From: Deltaproteobacteria bacterium
GTDB lineage: Bacteria; Myxococcota_A; Polyangia; Polyangiales; Polyangiaceae
NCBI GenBank assembly: GCA_043785585.1
Contig: JAYVXB010000079.1
Location: 1-54,700, forward strand
Direction of reading: 5' to 3'
Length of the DNA stretch: 54,700 nucleotides
In this document: positions 9,350-19,108 of the stretch, one piece after another
How the letters are laid out: the number at the start of each line of letters is the position of its first letter
How positions within the stretch are numbered: the stretch's first letter is position 1
Notes under the pieces: model-generated
What the model was told of the DNA's origin: nothing
What the model saw: the letters and a program-made list of their open reading frames with translations, nothing else
Databases searched by the model: none
Translations under genes and position numbers: made by a program

Positions 9350-9365
9350 CCAATTCTAACCCACG

Positions 9366-12300
9366 TCAGGCATGAGCGGCGAGCGGTGGGGCTGGTTCGT
9401 GACCTTCATTCGCCTGCGGGGAGCGCTTCGCGAAGAACATGAACATGACGGGCACGAGGAACAGCGAGAGCACCGTCGACGAGGTCAAACCACCGACGAC
9501 GGCGAGCGCGAGGGGCTGATTCGCTTCGGTTCCCTTCTCAAGGGCCATCGCCGTCGGGATGAGACCAATCACCGTGGCCAGGCTCGTCATGGCGATGGGC
9601 ACGAACCGCGACCGAGCCGCGAGGACCACCGCATCGATCTTCTCGACCCCCTCGGAGAAGCGGCGATTGGCGTCGTCGACGAGCAAGATCCCGTTCGACA
9701 CCGCGATGCCGACCACCATCAGAATCCCCATGAGCGCGGTGATCGAGAAACCCTGGCCGGCCGACATGAGCCCCATCACAATCCCGACGAGCGAGACCGG
9801 AATGGTGAAGAGCATGACGAACGGAAGTCGCAGCGACTTGAACTGCGCGGCCATGATCATGAAAACGACCATGACGGCGAGACCGATGGCGACGCCGAGC
9901 CCGGAGAACGTGTCCTTCATGAGCTGCACCTGGCCCACGAAGTCAAACTGAATGTTGCGCGTGCGCGGGTCTTCCTGGAGCTTCTTCCCAAGCTCCGCGG
10001 CGGCGCTTCCGATGTCTCGCCCCTCGGTCTGCATGAGCACGTGGGCTGCGCGCTGCAGTTGGTTTCGCTCGATCGCAATGGGCCCCACCGAGCGACGCAC
10101 TCTGCCGTACGCGCCGAGCGGGACGGCCTTGCCATCGTCGGTCACGCGGACCGGGATCTGCGCGAGCGCGTTCGGATCGGGGACCGCTTTGCCGTCGTAG
10201 TAGGTGACGACGTAATAGGATTGACCGTTGCTTGGATCAATCCACACGCTCGGCGTGTTGATGTTGCCGAGCGTCGCTTCGAGCGTCGTCTGCGCCGCCG
10301 TGCGAAGCGTGACGCCGACGAGCCCCGCCTTCTCGCGATCGGTCTCGACGCGGATCTCTGGGTAGTCGATCTGCAGCGAGCAACGGACGTCGCGCACGCC
10401 GGGGACCGTGCGCGCGACCTCCGCGATCGCCCTCGCCTGCGCGTCGATCTCTTCGAGTCGGTCGCCGCGCACCTCGACGACGACGGGCGCGGTGAAGCCG
10501 TTCGCGAAAACGCTGGCGACGAGCCCGCCCGGGTACTGCAAGACCTCGACGCCCGGGAACTCGCGGTTCAGGATCTCGCGCGACCGGTTCGCGATCTCGC
10601 CTTGCGTGAGCTTTCGCTTCTCCGGATCCGAGAACGCGAGGCGAAGGAAGCCCGTGTGCGGTCCGACGTTCGGGCTCACGATGGCGCTGCGCGCGTTCTG
10701 CGGCGTGCCGATGTTCGCGATGACCATCTCGACGGTGCCTTCGGGGAGCGACGAGGACAGCGTCTTTCCCATCGCGCTCAGCTGCGCCGCCGCGACGTCG
10801 AGCGACGTCCCCGGCGTGAAGCGCACGTAAATCTGATCCATCGACTCGTCGATCTCGGGGAAGAACGTCGACGGCAGGCGCGACGCCGCCCAGCCGCTCG
10901 CGACGACGAGCGTGACCGAAGCTGCGATGATCGTGAGCCGGAACGGCAAGACCCGGCGAAGCGTGCCCGAGTACGTGTCGGCGATCCGATCGATGAACGA
11001 CTCGACCGCTTTTCCGAGACGACCGTGCTCGGAGTGACCGAGGAAGTAGCGGCACGCGACCGGCGTGACGCAGACGCTGACGAAGTACGACGCGATCATC
11101 GCGACAGCAACCGTGAGCGCGAGCGGCGCGAAGAGCTTCTTCGCGAGCCCCGCGAGCAAGAGCACCGGCAGGAGCACCGCCATCGTCGTCAGCGTCGACG
11201 CGAGCACCGGAAGCGCGACGGCGTTCGTTCCGTGCAACGCGGCGTCGTGCGTGCTCATGCCTTGTCGCTGATGCCGGTGGATCGACTCGAGGACAACGAC
11301 CGCGTCGTCGACGAGCCTCCCCATCGCGAGCGTGAGCCCGCCGAGGGTGAATGCGTTGAGCGTCTGGCCGGTCGCGTAGAGAACGATGAGCGTGATGGCG
11401 AACGACAGCGGGATCGCGACCGAGACGATGAGCGTCCCGCGGACGCTCTGGAGAAAGAGGAGAATGACGACGCCGATGAGGACGAGCGCCTGGATGATCT
11501 CCTTCTTGAGCCCGTGGTACGTCGTGCGGACGAACGTCGACTGATCGAAGTACGCCTTGACCTGCATCCCTTCGGGAAGATCCTTCAAGCCGTCGACGAC
11601 GCGCTTCACGGCGTCGACGATTTCGATCGTGTTGCCGCCAGGGATGCGGAGGACGTTCAAATAGACGGCGTCTTGGCCGTTGACCGACACCGACTGCGTC
11701 GCGGGCGTGCCGCCGTCGTCGACGACCGCGACGTCGCGAATGAGCACCGGCTTGCCGTCGACCATTTTGATCGGCGCTTCGCCGATCGTCGCGACGCGCT
11801 GCGGGATCGCGTTCGTGTAGACGTTGGCATCGAACTTCGGCGAGATGAACTCGCCCGACGGGAGGAGCGCGTTCGACTTCGCGACCGCCGCCGCGACGTC
11901 GGCCGACGTGAGGTTGCGCGCTTGCGCCTTGGTCGGATCGACGATGACGTTGATCTGCCGCATGCGACCACCGTCGGGCGCCGCGCTCGCGACGCCCGGG
12001 ATCCCTTCGAGGAGCGGCTCGATGTTGTTGAACGCGTAGTCGTAGAGCTGCGGCCCGGTGTACCCCGCGCCGGTCACGACGACCTGCACGACCGGCGCGT
12101 TCGAAGGATCGTACTGAAGGACGAACGGCGGCAAGACGCCGAGCGATTTGGGTACCGCCGCCATGGCAAACGCCGCCTGCTGCTGCACGAGCGTCTGCGC
12201 GGCGTTGAGATCGGTCCCCCACTTGAGCCAGACGTAGATGATGCTGAGGCTGTTGCGCGAGACGCTCTCGACGTGATCGACGCCCGGCGTCGCGCTCACG

Positions 12301-12503
12301 TACTTCTCGAGGCGCCAGGTGATCGTCTTCTCGACGTCCTTCGGGCCGAGGCCGGGCGAGAGCGTTCCGATGACCAGCACGGGAGGCGTGAGCTCGGGGA
12401 ACGTGTCGACGCTCATCCGCGGTGTCACGACGCCCGCGAAGACGACGAGCGCGATGCACATCATCAGCACCGCGATCGGGTTGCGGAGCGAGAGCGAGGT
12501 CAC
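9366..12503 (-). CDS. Efflux RND transporter permease subunit (AcrB/HAE-type)
   Basis: ORF 9366..12614. It shows the typical RND N-terminus (SLSLRNPIAVLMM..VDTFPELTPPVL) and 12-TM architecture. I place the start at the GTG at 12503, which overlaps the MFP stop as GTGA. Confidence 0.92.
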   Translation of the reverse strand: MTSLSLRNPIAVLMMCIALVVFAGVVTPRMSVDTFPELTPPVLVIGTLSPGLGPKDVEKTITWRLEKYVSATPGVDHVESVSRNSLSIIYVWLKWGTDLNAAQTLVQQQAAFAMAAVPKSLGVLPPFVLQYDPSNAPVVQVVVTGAGYTGPQLYDYAFNNIEPLLEGIPGVASAAPDGGRMRQINVIVDPTKAQARNLTSADVAAAVAKSNALLPSGEFISPKFDANVYTNAIPQRVATIGEAPIKMVDGKPVLIRDVAVVDDGGTPATQSVSVNGQDAVYLNVLRIPGGNTIEIVDAVKRVVDGLKDLPEGMQVKAYFDQSTFVRTTYHGLKKEIIQALVLIGVVILLFLQSVRGTLIVSVAIPLSFAITLIVLYATGQTLNAFTLGGLTLAMGRLVDDAVVVLESIHRHQRQGMSTHDAALHGTNAVALPVLASTLTTMAVLLPVLLLAGLAKKLFAPLALTVAVAMIASYFVSVCVTPVACRYFLGHSEHGRLGKAVESFIDRIADTYSGTLRRVLPFRLTIIAASVTLVVASGWAASRLPSTFFPEIDESMDQIYVRFTPGTSLDVAAAQLSAMGKTLSSSLPEGTVEMVIANIGTPQNARSAIVSPNVGPHTGFLRLAFSDPEKRKLTQGEIANRSREILNREFPGVEVLQYPGGLVASVFANGFTAPVVVEVRGDRLEEIDAQARAIAEVARTVPGVRDVRCSLQIDYPEIRVETDREKAGLVGVTLRTAAQTTLEATLGNINTPSVWIDPSNGQSYYVVTYYDGKAVPDPNALAQIPVRVTDDGKAVPLGAYGRVRRSVGPIAIERNQLQRAAHVLMQTEGRDIGSAAAELGKKLQEDPRTRNIQFDFVGQVQLMKDTFSGLGVAIGLAVMVVFMIMAAQFKSLRLPFVMLFTIPVSLVGIVMGLMSAGQGFSITALMGILMVVGIAVSNGILLVDDANRRFSEGVEKIDAVVLAARSRFVPIAMTSLATVIGLIPTAMALEKGTEANQPLALAVVGGLTSSTVLSLFLVPVMFMFFAKRSPQANEGHEPAPPLAAHA

Positions 12504-13726
12504 CGCGGCGCTCCGCTCGCCGTCGTCCCCGACGGACTCGGCGTGGGTGGAGGGGTCTTCGCTTGCACGCGATCGCCTTCGACGAGGAGCGCGCGGCCCT
12601 CGGTGACGACCCACGTCCCCGGCTTCAGCGCCGATTCGAGGAAGAGGTTGCCACCGATTTCGCCGGTGACTGCGAACGTCATCGAGTGCGCGACGTCACC
12701 GTCGACGATGAAGAGCGTCGCCTTGGTGCCGCGGATCGACGCGGCGGCGAGCGGAATTTCAGTGGCGGCCGCCGGCTCGCCGACCTCGATTCGAATTTCG
12801 CCCGTCGTGTTGACGGGCAGCTCCCGCTTCGGGTCCGGGATGTCGATCTCGAAGTGCACCGTACGCGTCCCGGGATCCGCGCTCGGCGTGCGGCGCGTGA
12901 TCGTCGCCGAGAGCTCTCGGCCCGTCGCGAAGACCTTGATCGTGACCTTCGTCCCCGGCGTGATGACGGCAAAATCGATCTCGGGCGCGTCGGACGAGAG
13001 GCGCACGGTCGAGCGATCGACGAGCGAGACGATCGGCGTCCCCGGTCGCACGAACGCGCCGGGATCGGTCGTTCGCGTCGACACCTCGCCGTCGAATGGC
13101 GCCCGCATGATGCAGTCGTTCACTTCGAGCGTGGAGCCGAGGAGGCGCGCCTTCGTCGCGAGGAGCTGCGCGTCCTCGGCGGCGCTCGCCGACGCTTTCT
13201 GCTCGGCTTCGTTCGCGGACACGAAGCCGCCGTCGAGGAGCCCCTGCACGCGCGCCGACTCGTGCGCGAGCGCTTGCCGGCGCGCATCGACCGCGCGCGC
13301 CTGCATCGCGACCGCTTGGCTTGCCGCGCTCGCGTTGCGGCAGTCGAGCGTCGCGAGCACTTCGCCGCGCTTCACGATCGCACCAGGCCGCACGAGCACC
13401 GTGTCGACGTACGCAGAGACGAGCTGCGGTCCGATCTTCGCCTCGGTCCACGGTGCGAGCGTCCCGATGTACGTGCGCGACGCGCGGTACGTCGACGCCT
13501 TCGCCGCGATCACCGTGACGGGCTTCGGTGCCGAGGCGAGCGCGATTTTGTTCGTATGCGAGTCCGCGCGCCAAACCATGAAGCCGCCGATCGCGAGAAC
13601 GACGAGCACGGCCGACGTGACGACAATGGGAACCATGAAACCACGCCGCGTGGGCGCGCCGGCGGCGCCCCCCAGCACCGCGACGTCGTCGCCCACGCCT
13701 TCGTTCTTCGTCTCGTTCGCCTTCAC
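12500..13726 (-). CDS. Efflux RND periplasmic adaptor (MFP/HlyD family)
   Basis: 408-aa ORF with an N-terminal TM anchor, a lipoyl/beta-barrel pattern (GQLVSAYVDTVLVRPGAIVKRGEVLATLD) and a coiled-coil hairpin. The GTG start overlaps the OMF stop (GTGA). Confidence 0.9.
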   Translation of the reverse strand: MKANETKNEGVGDDVAVLGGAAGAPTRRGFMVPIVVTSAVLVVLAIGGFMVWRADSHTNKIALASAPKPVTVIAAKASTYRASRTYIGTLAPWTEAKIGPQLVSAYVDTVLVRPGAIVKRGEVLATLDCRNASAASQAVAMQARAVDARRQALAHESARVQGLLDGGFVSANEAEQKASASAAEDAQLLATKARLLGSTLEVNDCIMRAPFDGEVSTRTTDPGAFVRPGTPIVSLVDRSTVRLSSDAPEIDFAVITPGTKVTIKVFATGRELSATITRRTPSADPGTRTVHFEIDIPDPKRELPVNTTGEIRIEVGEPAAATEIPLAAASIRGTKATLFIVDGDVAHSMTFAVTGEIGGNLFLESALKPGTWVVTEGRALLVEGDRVQAKTPPPTPSPSGTTASGAPR

Positions 13727-15162
13727 AGTCCCTCCGCGATCGCACGCCCAAACGCCGCGCGCGAACGCGCGAGCTCGAACCGTCCCATGGCCAATTGAAT
13801 TTCCGCGTCCGTTCGGATCGCCTCGGCGTCCGCGAGCTCCACGCTCGTCCCGAGACCTCCCCGGAAGCGTGCATCCGCTTGCGCGTAGTTCGCTTTCGCC
13901 GCCTCGACGGCGCGTTCGTACGCGGGGAGCGCCGTTCGCGCGACGTCGACCGCGACGTACGCTTGCCGAATGCTCGCGACTTGGGCGAGCCGCACCGCGG
14001 CGATCTCCTCGCGCCTCACCTGCTCACGCGCACGCGACGCGTCCTCGCGCGCGGACACGGTGCCGTCGAAGATGGGCCAGGAGAAGACGATCCCCACATC
14101 CCAGTTCGGGACGACGGGCAAGAATCCGCCGCCGGCCGGCGTGTCGCCCGACGTCGGCGGCGCGCCGCCAGCCCGACCCGACACGGTTCCTGTGAGCGAG
14201 AAATCGGGGCGCAGCTCGGCGCCGATCGCGCGCGTGCGCGCCTCTTCGGCCTTGAGCTGCGCGAGCGCTTGGAGGATGCGCGGATCTCGCGCCGCGGCGC
14301 GCTGCATCGCATCCGTCAGCGACGGGAGGTCGCCGGCCTTCGGCGCGTCGCCAGTGACGTCGATCGCGAGCTCGGGCGATCCGATCGCCGCCGCGAGCAC
14401 GCTCTGAGCGACCGTGAGCCCGCCACGCGCGCGAATGCGACCGACGTCGAACCGACCGAGATCCGCCTCCGCCCGCGTGAGCTCGATCGGCGACCTCAGC
14501 CCGGCGTCGACTCCTGCCTTCGCGAGATCGCGGTGGACGCGCGTGCGTTCGTACGCCTGCTCCGACGCGGCCACGATCGACTTGGCTGCGAAAACAGCGA
14601 AGTACGCCTCCTCCACGCCGAAGTCGATATCGAGTCGCTCGGCGTCGGCATCGTGTTGCGCGGCGACCGCGAGCGCATCGCCTGCTGCGCGCTGCGCGGC
14701 GATCCGTCCGAAGTCGAAGAGCTCCTGCGTTGCTCCGACGCCCGCGATGCTCGAAGGATACGGCGATAGCGTCCCCGTCCCTGTCGCGCGCGTCGCGCCA
14801 ATGCGCGGAATGTCCATGAAGTAGGGTGTGACGTAGCCGCCGGTCGTGTTGTTCGCGGTGCCTCCAAACAACTGTGCGGTGACCCCGACGACCGGCAGCC
14901 AACGGCCACTCGGAATGGCCGCCTCTTCGCGCCGCGCTGCCACGCGCGCGAGCGCGACCTTGATCGCCGGCTGATGAGCGTGAGCGTACGCGCGTGCGTC
15001 CGGCAACGTCATTGCCTTCGCGGCGACGACCGAGGATTGCGCGCGCGCGTTCGTGGTTTCTCCCCCCGTCATGACGATGACTGCGAGGACGACGGCAAGC
15101 CGTAGCCGTCGCGTGGGCGTTTGCGGGATCATGGGGGCGGCCATCAGCATGCGCCGTACCAT
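13723..15162 (-). CDS. TolC-family outer membrane efflux protein
   Basis: ORF 13723..15324. It has a two-fold TolC repeat pattern and a signal-like segment RRLRLAVVLAVIVMTGG. The start is uncertain: in-frame ATGs occur at 15162, 15150, 15144 and 15132. Confidence 0.85.
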   Translation of the reverse strand: MVRRMLMAAPMIPQTPTRRLRLAVVLAVIVMTGGETTNARAQSSVVAAKAMTLPDARAYAHAHQPAIKVALARVAARREEAAIPSGRWLPVVGVTAQLFGGTANNTTGGYVTPYFMDIPRIGATRATGTGTLSPYPSSIAGVGATQELFDFGRIAAQRAAGDALAVAAQHDADAERLDIDFGVEEAYFAVFAAKSIVAASEQAYERTRVHRDLAKAGVDAGLRSPIELTRAEADLGRFDVGRIRARGGLTVAQSVLAAAIGSPELAIDVTGDAPKAGDLPSLTDAMQRAAARDPRILQALAQLKAEEARTRAIGAELRPDFSLTGTVSGRAGGAPPTSGDTPAGGGFLPVVPNWDVGIVFSWPIFDGTVSAREDASRAREQVRREEIAAVRLAQVASIRQAYVAVDVARTALPAYERAVEAAKANYAQADARFRGGLGTSVELADAEAIRTDAEIQLAMGRFELARSRAAFGRAIAEGL

Positions 15163-15225
15163 AGTTCGCCGAGGCCGACGCGCACGGGATTGCGGTGGAA
15201 CCCAGCTCATCGGGCAGCCGCGACA

Positions 15226-15259
15226 GGGAGATTCTCCGCGGGCACTAGGAAGGATTCCC
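15226..15259. promoter_or_regulatory. Paired dyad element (GGGAgattcTCCg, then aGGAaggatTCCC 21 bp later), candidate enhancer (UAS)
   Basis: Read directly from the sequence. It lies 65-98 bp upstream of the sigma-54 promoter at 15324 and is homologous to elements at 19811, 24315 and 28446. Confidence 0.4.
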
Positions 15260-15323
15260 ATTCGCGCGACGGGAAGTTCGCGAGACCTCCGACGCTGCGG
15301 CGGTAGCGACGTGCGTCCGGGCA

Positions 15324-15339
15324 TGGCCCGATCGTTGCT
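15324..15339 (+). promoter_or_regulatory. Sigma-54 (-24/-12) promoter TGGCCCgatcgTTGCT
   Basis: GG-N10-GC has exact consensus spacing. The 20-nt block TGGYCCGATCGTTGCTCCGC matches 19/20 with the paralogous site at 24393, while the flanks have diverged. Confidence 0.6.
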
Positions 15340-15353
15340 CCGCGTTCGCGGCT

Positions 15354-16985
15354 ATGGACGCCGCGCTTTCGCAAAGGCTCGCGCACGCGCGCGCCAGCCA
15401 AGTCACGAAGCAAGGGGTCGCAATCGCGCGGTCCACGGGTGTCCTCATCGGAATGGCGCTGTCGATCCTGACGATCGCCGCCCTGGCGTATTGGGACGAG
15501 CAGCGCGAGTCGTCTGCAGCGCTCGCCGACTTCGCGCAGGAGCAGGAGGCCGTCGCGTCGGCCGCGTCCGTCGCGCTCGCAACGCTTCTCGAGGCGACCC
15601 GTCAGGACGCCGTCGCCGCTGCACGTCAGCTCATGCGCGTGGACGCGCCACACGACGCGCCACTCGCTCGTGCGCTCGAGGTCGCGATTGCCCCAAGGCA
15701 ACAACCGCGACCCGAGGTCGTCGCCGACGGCCGGACGCTCGCCTTCAGCGTGCCGATCGACAACGCACGTCGCGTTGATTACAGCGTGTCGACCGAGCTC
15801 TTGCTCGAGCCTCTGCGGTCGATCGAGCGTACGGGCTCGACGATCCTCCTCATCCGGCGGCCGAACCAGCGTGGACTGCTCACGACGCGCGGCGAAAGCA
15901 TCTCGCTGGATCCCGCCGAGACGGCGCTCGACCAGTCCCTTCGGTGGGTGCGACTGAGCCGCCCAGAGGCCGCGCGCCTCGCGCTCCCCTCGCGCACGGC
16001 GATGGCGGGCGTCAGCATGCTCGACGCGCACGATCTCGGTCGATGGGGCATCGTCGTCGTCGGCACGGCACAGCGCGAGCGCGATCGCGAGCTGCATGCA
16101 GTCGCTCGGCTCCTCCTCAGTGTCGCGTTCGCGTCGGGGCTCGTGCTCGTCTTCGGCGGCGTTGCGCTACGCAAGCAACGAAAGCAGCTCGAGCTCGCCA
16201 GCGAGCTCGCCATCTCGCAGGCGCAGCAGGAACGCGACGACCACCTGCTTCGCGCCGACAAGCTCGCGACGATGGGAGCACTCGCGACGGGCATCGCGCA
16301 CGAGGTGTCGACGCCGCTCGGCGTCATCATGGGACGCGCCGAGCAGCTCGCGCCGAAGCTCGCCGGCGACGAGAAGGCGAAGCGCGCGCTCGACGTGATC
16401 ATCGAACAATCCGAGCGCATCAGCCGCGTCATCCGTGGCTTCCTCGGCCTCGCGCGTGGTGCCGCGCCATCGCTCGAACGGGTGGACCCCGGCGGCCTCG
16501 CTCGAAAGGCGATGGAGCTCGTCGAGCATCGTTTCTCGAAGGCAACGGTACGACTCTCCGCCGACATCGGCGCGAGCTTGCCGCTCGTCGCTTGCGATCC
16601 GCGTCTCTTCGAGCAAGTCCTCGTGAACCTCCTCTTGAACGCGTGCGATGCCTGCGAGAAAGGCGGCAACGTCGAGATTCGCGTGCGCGGGGACGGAGAG
16701 CGCGTCGCGTTCGTGGTGCTCGACGACGGCGTAGGTATTTCAGACGAAGACGCGACGCGCGCGATGGAACCCTTCTTCACGACGAAGCCGGAAGGAAAGG
16801 GGACGGGTCTCGGCCTCGCGATCGCATCGGAGATCGTGAAGCATCATCAGGGCACGCTCACGCTCCGCCCGCGCTCGGAGCTCGTTGGATCTTCTCCGGG
16901 TCACTCCGTTCCACCAGGATCGATCGTGCGCGGAACGCGCGCGTGCGCCGAGATCCCAGCAGCGAGAGATGCCGCTCATGCCTGA
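15354..16985 (+). CDS. Sensor histidine kinase (two TM segments, ~230-aa periplasmic region, HisKA + HATPase_c)
   Basis: 543-aa ORF. It has the H-box IAHEVSTPLG, the N-box NLLLNACDA and G-boxes DDGVGI / GTGLGLAI. It is a paralogue of 24422..26050. Confidence 0.9.
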   Translation: MDAALSQRLAHARASQVTKQGVAIARSTGVLIGMALSILTIAALAYWDEQRESSAALADFAQEQEAVASAASVALATLLEATRQDAVAAARQLMRVDAPHDAPLARALEVAIAPRQQPRPEVVADGRTLAFSVPIDNARRVDYSVSTELLLEPLRSIERTGSTILLIRRPNQRGLLTTRGESISLDPAETALDQSLRWVRLSRPEAARLALPSRTAMAGVSMLDAHDLGRWGIVVVGTAQRERDRELHAVARLLLSVAFASGLVLVFGGVALRKQRKQLELASELAISQAQQERDDHLLRADKLATMGALATGIAHEVSTPLGVIMGRAEQLAPKLAGDEKAKRALDVIIEQSERISRVIRGFLGLARGAAPSLERVDPGGLARKAMELVEHRFSKATVRLSADIGASLPLVACDPRLFEQVLVNLLLNACDACEKGGNVEIRVRGDGERVAFVVLDDGVGISDEDATRAMEPFFTTKPEGKGTGLGLAIASEIVKHHQGTLTLRPRSELVGSSPGHSVPPGSIVRGTRACAEIPAARDAAHA

Positions 16986-18372
16986 TCCGCGACGTGACAA
17001 AGCAACATCGATCCGGCGGGTGCTGATCGTCGACGACGAGCTCTCGATGGCCGAGACGGTGGCGGACGGCCTTGCCGAGCGCGGGTTCGCGACGACTCCG
17101 CTCGCGTCTAGCCGCGAAGCTGCGAAGCGGCTCGAAGACGAGCGCTTCGATGCACTCGTGACGGATCTGCGGATGCCGGAGCTCGATGGGCTCGAGCTGC
17201 TATCGATCGCGCGAAAGGTCGCGCCGGAGTGTCCGGTGATCGTGATGACTGCATACAGTGCCGTCGACTCTGCCATCGAGTCGATCCGCCGCGGCGCGTA
17301 CCACTACCTCACCAAGCCGTTCAAGATGGACGAGCTCGCGCTGTTCCTCCAGCGCGCGATCGAGGAGTCGCAGCTCCGTCGCGAGGCCGTCGCGCTGCGG
17401 CGCACCCTCAAGGAGCGCTTTTCCATCGCGAGCATCGTCGGCGGCAGCAGCGCCATGCGCGATGTCTTCGAGATGATCGAGCGCGTCGCCGACGCGAGCG
17501 CCCCTGTCCTCCTCGTCGGCGAGACGGGGACGGGCAAAGGACTCATCGCGCGTGCGATCCACGCGCACGGCGTGCGCGCCCGGGGGCCGCTCGTCACCGT
17601 CAACTGCGCCGCGCTACCTGAGACACTCCTCGAGAGTGAGCTCTTCGGGCACGTCAAGGGCGCGTTCACCGGGGCAACGGCGAGACGCGTCGGCCTCGTG
17701 CAGGAGGCCGACCGCGGGACGCTCTTCTTGGACGAGATCGGCGAGATGACGCCGGCGCTACAGACCAAGCTCCTCGATGTGCTCGAACGCGGCTACGTGC
17801 GAGCCGTCGGCGCGAACAAAGAGGTAGAGGTCGATGTCCGAATCCTTGCCGCTACGCATCGAGATCTCCGAGAGCGTGTTGCCGCCGGCGCCTTTCGCGA
17901 AGACCTCCTCTACCGCCTCGAGGTCGTTACTATCGAGATTCCGCCGCTCCGCCTACGGCGCGAGGACATCCCCGTTCTCATCCAGCGTTTCCTCGAGCAG
18001 GCGAAGACTCGCCAACCGCGCTCTCCGGTCGAGAGACTCTCCCGCGATGCGATGAACCGTCTCATCGAGCACTCGTGGCCGGGGAACGTGCGCGAGCTCG
18101 AACACGCGATCGAGCGGGCCGTCCTCCTCGGACGCGCGGCGGACGCCGACGCCGCGGACCTTCCTGCGACGATCGGTGCGAAGCGCGATTCGACGACGAA
18201 GTTTGGCGGCGACGTCATGCCGCTCCGCGAAATCCAGCGCCGCTACGTCGCGTGGGCTTACGAGGAGCTCGGCGGTCGCAAGCTCGTCACCGCGGACCGA
18301 CTCGCGATTGACATCAAGACGCTCGGGCGATGGCTACACGCGACGGATGATCAAGCGAGCAAGTCGGAATGA
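16978..18372 (+). CDS. Sigma-54-dependent response regulator (NtrC family: REC + AAA+ with GAFTGA + Fis-type HTH)
   Basis: ORF 16885..18372. It has a REC domain (VLIVDDE), Walker A GETGTGKG, GAFTGA and ESELFGH. I chose the start ATG at 16978 by homology with the paralogue: ATGCCTGA here versus ATGTCTGA there, both overlapping the kinase stop. Both are 464 aa. Confidence 0.92.
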   Translation: MPDPRRDKATSIRRVLIVDDELSMAETVADGLAERGFATTPLASSREAAKRLEDERFDALVTDLRMPELDGLELLSIARKVAPECPVIVMTAYSAVDSAIESIRRGAYHYLTKPFKMDELALFLQRAIEESQLRREAVALRRTLKERFSIASIVGGSSAMRDVFEMIERVADASAPVLLVGETGTGKGLIARAIHAHGVRARGPLVTVNCAALPETLLESELFGHVKGAFTGATARRVGLVQEADRGTLFLDEIGEMTPALQTKLLDVLERGYVRAVGANKEVEVDVRILAATHRDLRERVAAGAFREDLLYRLEVVTIEIPPLRLRREDIPVLIQRFLEQAKTRQPRSPVERLSRDAMNRLIEHSWPGNVRELEHAIERAVLLGRAADADAADLPATIGAKRDSTTKFGGDVMPLREIQRRYVAWAYEELGGRKLVTADRLAIDIKTLGRWLHATDDQASKSE

Positions 18373-18779
18373 GTGCCGGTCGTCGCCACGACGCGAAGGG
18401 TCCGTTCCCGGTGGGCGTGCTCGCGTTGCTCGCGATCGTCGTAGCGCCGCTGACCCACGCGCGCGACGCCTCGGCCGAACCGTCCATCGCGGTCCGCGTC
18501 TCGGTCATGGGTCGCGGGAGCATTCGCCTTCGAATCGCCGATGGATCGGTCGTCCCATGCTCGTCGTCGTCGAACAAGATGCTCTTCGACGGATGGGTAT
18601 CGGCAGGGACGACCCTCGCGTTTCGTTCGCGCACGGCGTCCGTCTGCTACGAGCACACGTACGGCAGTTTTCGTCGGACGAACTGGTCGGCGTCATGCGT
18701 CGCGAGCATGCCGAGAGACGGGACGCGCCCGCTCGTCTCGCTTCCCGTGGAGATCTCGACGGAGCGACCTTCGTGCTGA
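18369..18779 (+). CDS. Secreted hypothetical protein (136 aa) with signal peptide
   Basis: The ATG overlaps the regulator stop (ATGA). The signal-like N-terminus is PVGVLALLAIVVAPLTHARDASA. GC3 bias is acceptable. I recognise no family. Confidence 0.5.
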   Translation: MSAGRRHDAKGPFPVGVLALLAIVVAPLTHARDASAEPSIAVRVSVMGRGSIRLRIADGSVVPCSSSSNKMLFDGWVSAGTTLAFRSRTASVCYEHTYGSFRRTNWSASCVASMPRDGTRPLVSLPVEISTERPSC

Positions 18780-19032
18780 CATCCTCGTGGGCAGGGAGAA
18801 GTTCCCATCGAAATTGCCCGGCGCCGATTTACTTCTCGGACGCGCCGCACATCGTGCCCCAGTTGCACGTGCCGCTGCAGCATTGCTCGCCGCGTTGCCA
18901 ACGCGCCCATCGCGACGACAGCAGGGAAGACGAAGATGAGATCGGTCGCATGCGACATTCGACACGCACGCGCCAGGCCACGATGGGAGCTCTTCCGACT
19001 CGAGCTGCTTGCCGTACGAGCTTCCAATCGCG

Positions 19033-19048
19033 AGGACGCATTCTTGCA
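19033..19048 (+). promoter_or_regulatory. Candidate sigma-54 promoter aGGacgcattcTTGCA
   Basis: GG and TTGCA are at exact -24/-12 spacing, 61 nt upstream of the ATG at 19109. The -24 half is weak (only the GG matches). Confidence 0.4.
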
Positions 19049-19108
19049 CCATGCGCGAGCATGAGTGCGTTAGCGATGATCTCGTTCGCAGGCGACAAAG
19101 AATCGGCA

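Noticed and set aside
9372-14195. A 1607-aa ORF on the plus strand spanning the whole efflux locus.
   Set aside because: It is antisense to three genes with clear RND, MFP and TolC family signatures. Its product is Arg/Asp/His/Glu-rich low-complexity sequence, which is typical of mirror-frame ORFs in high-GC DNA.
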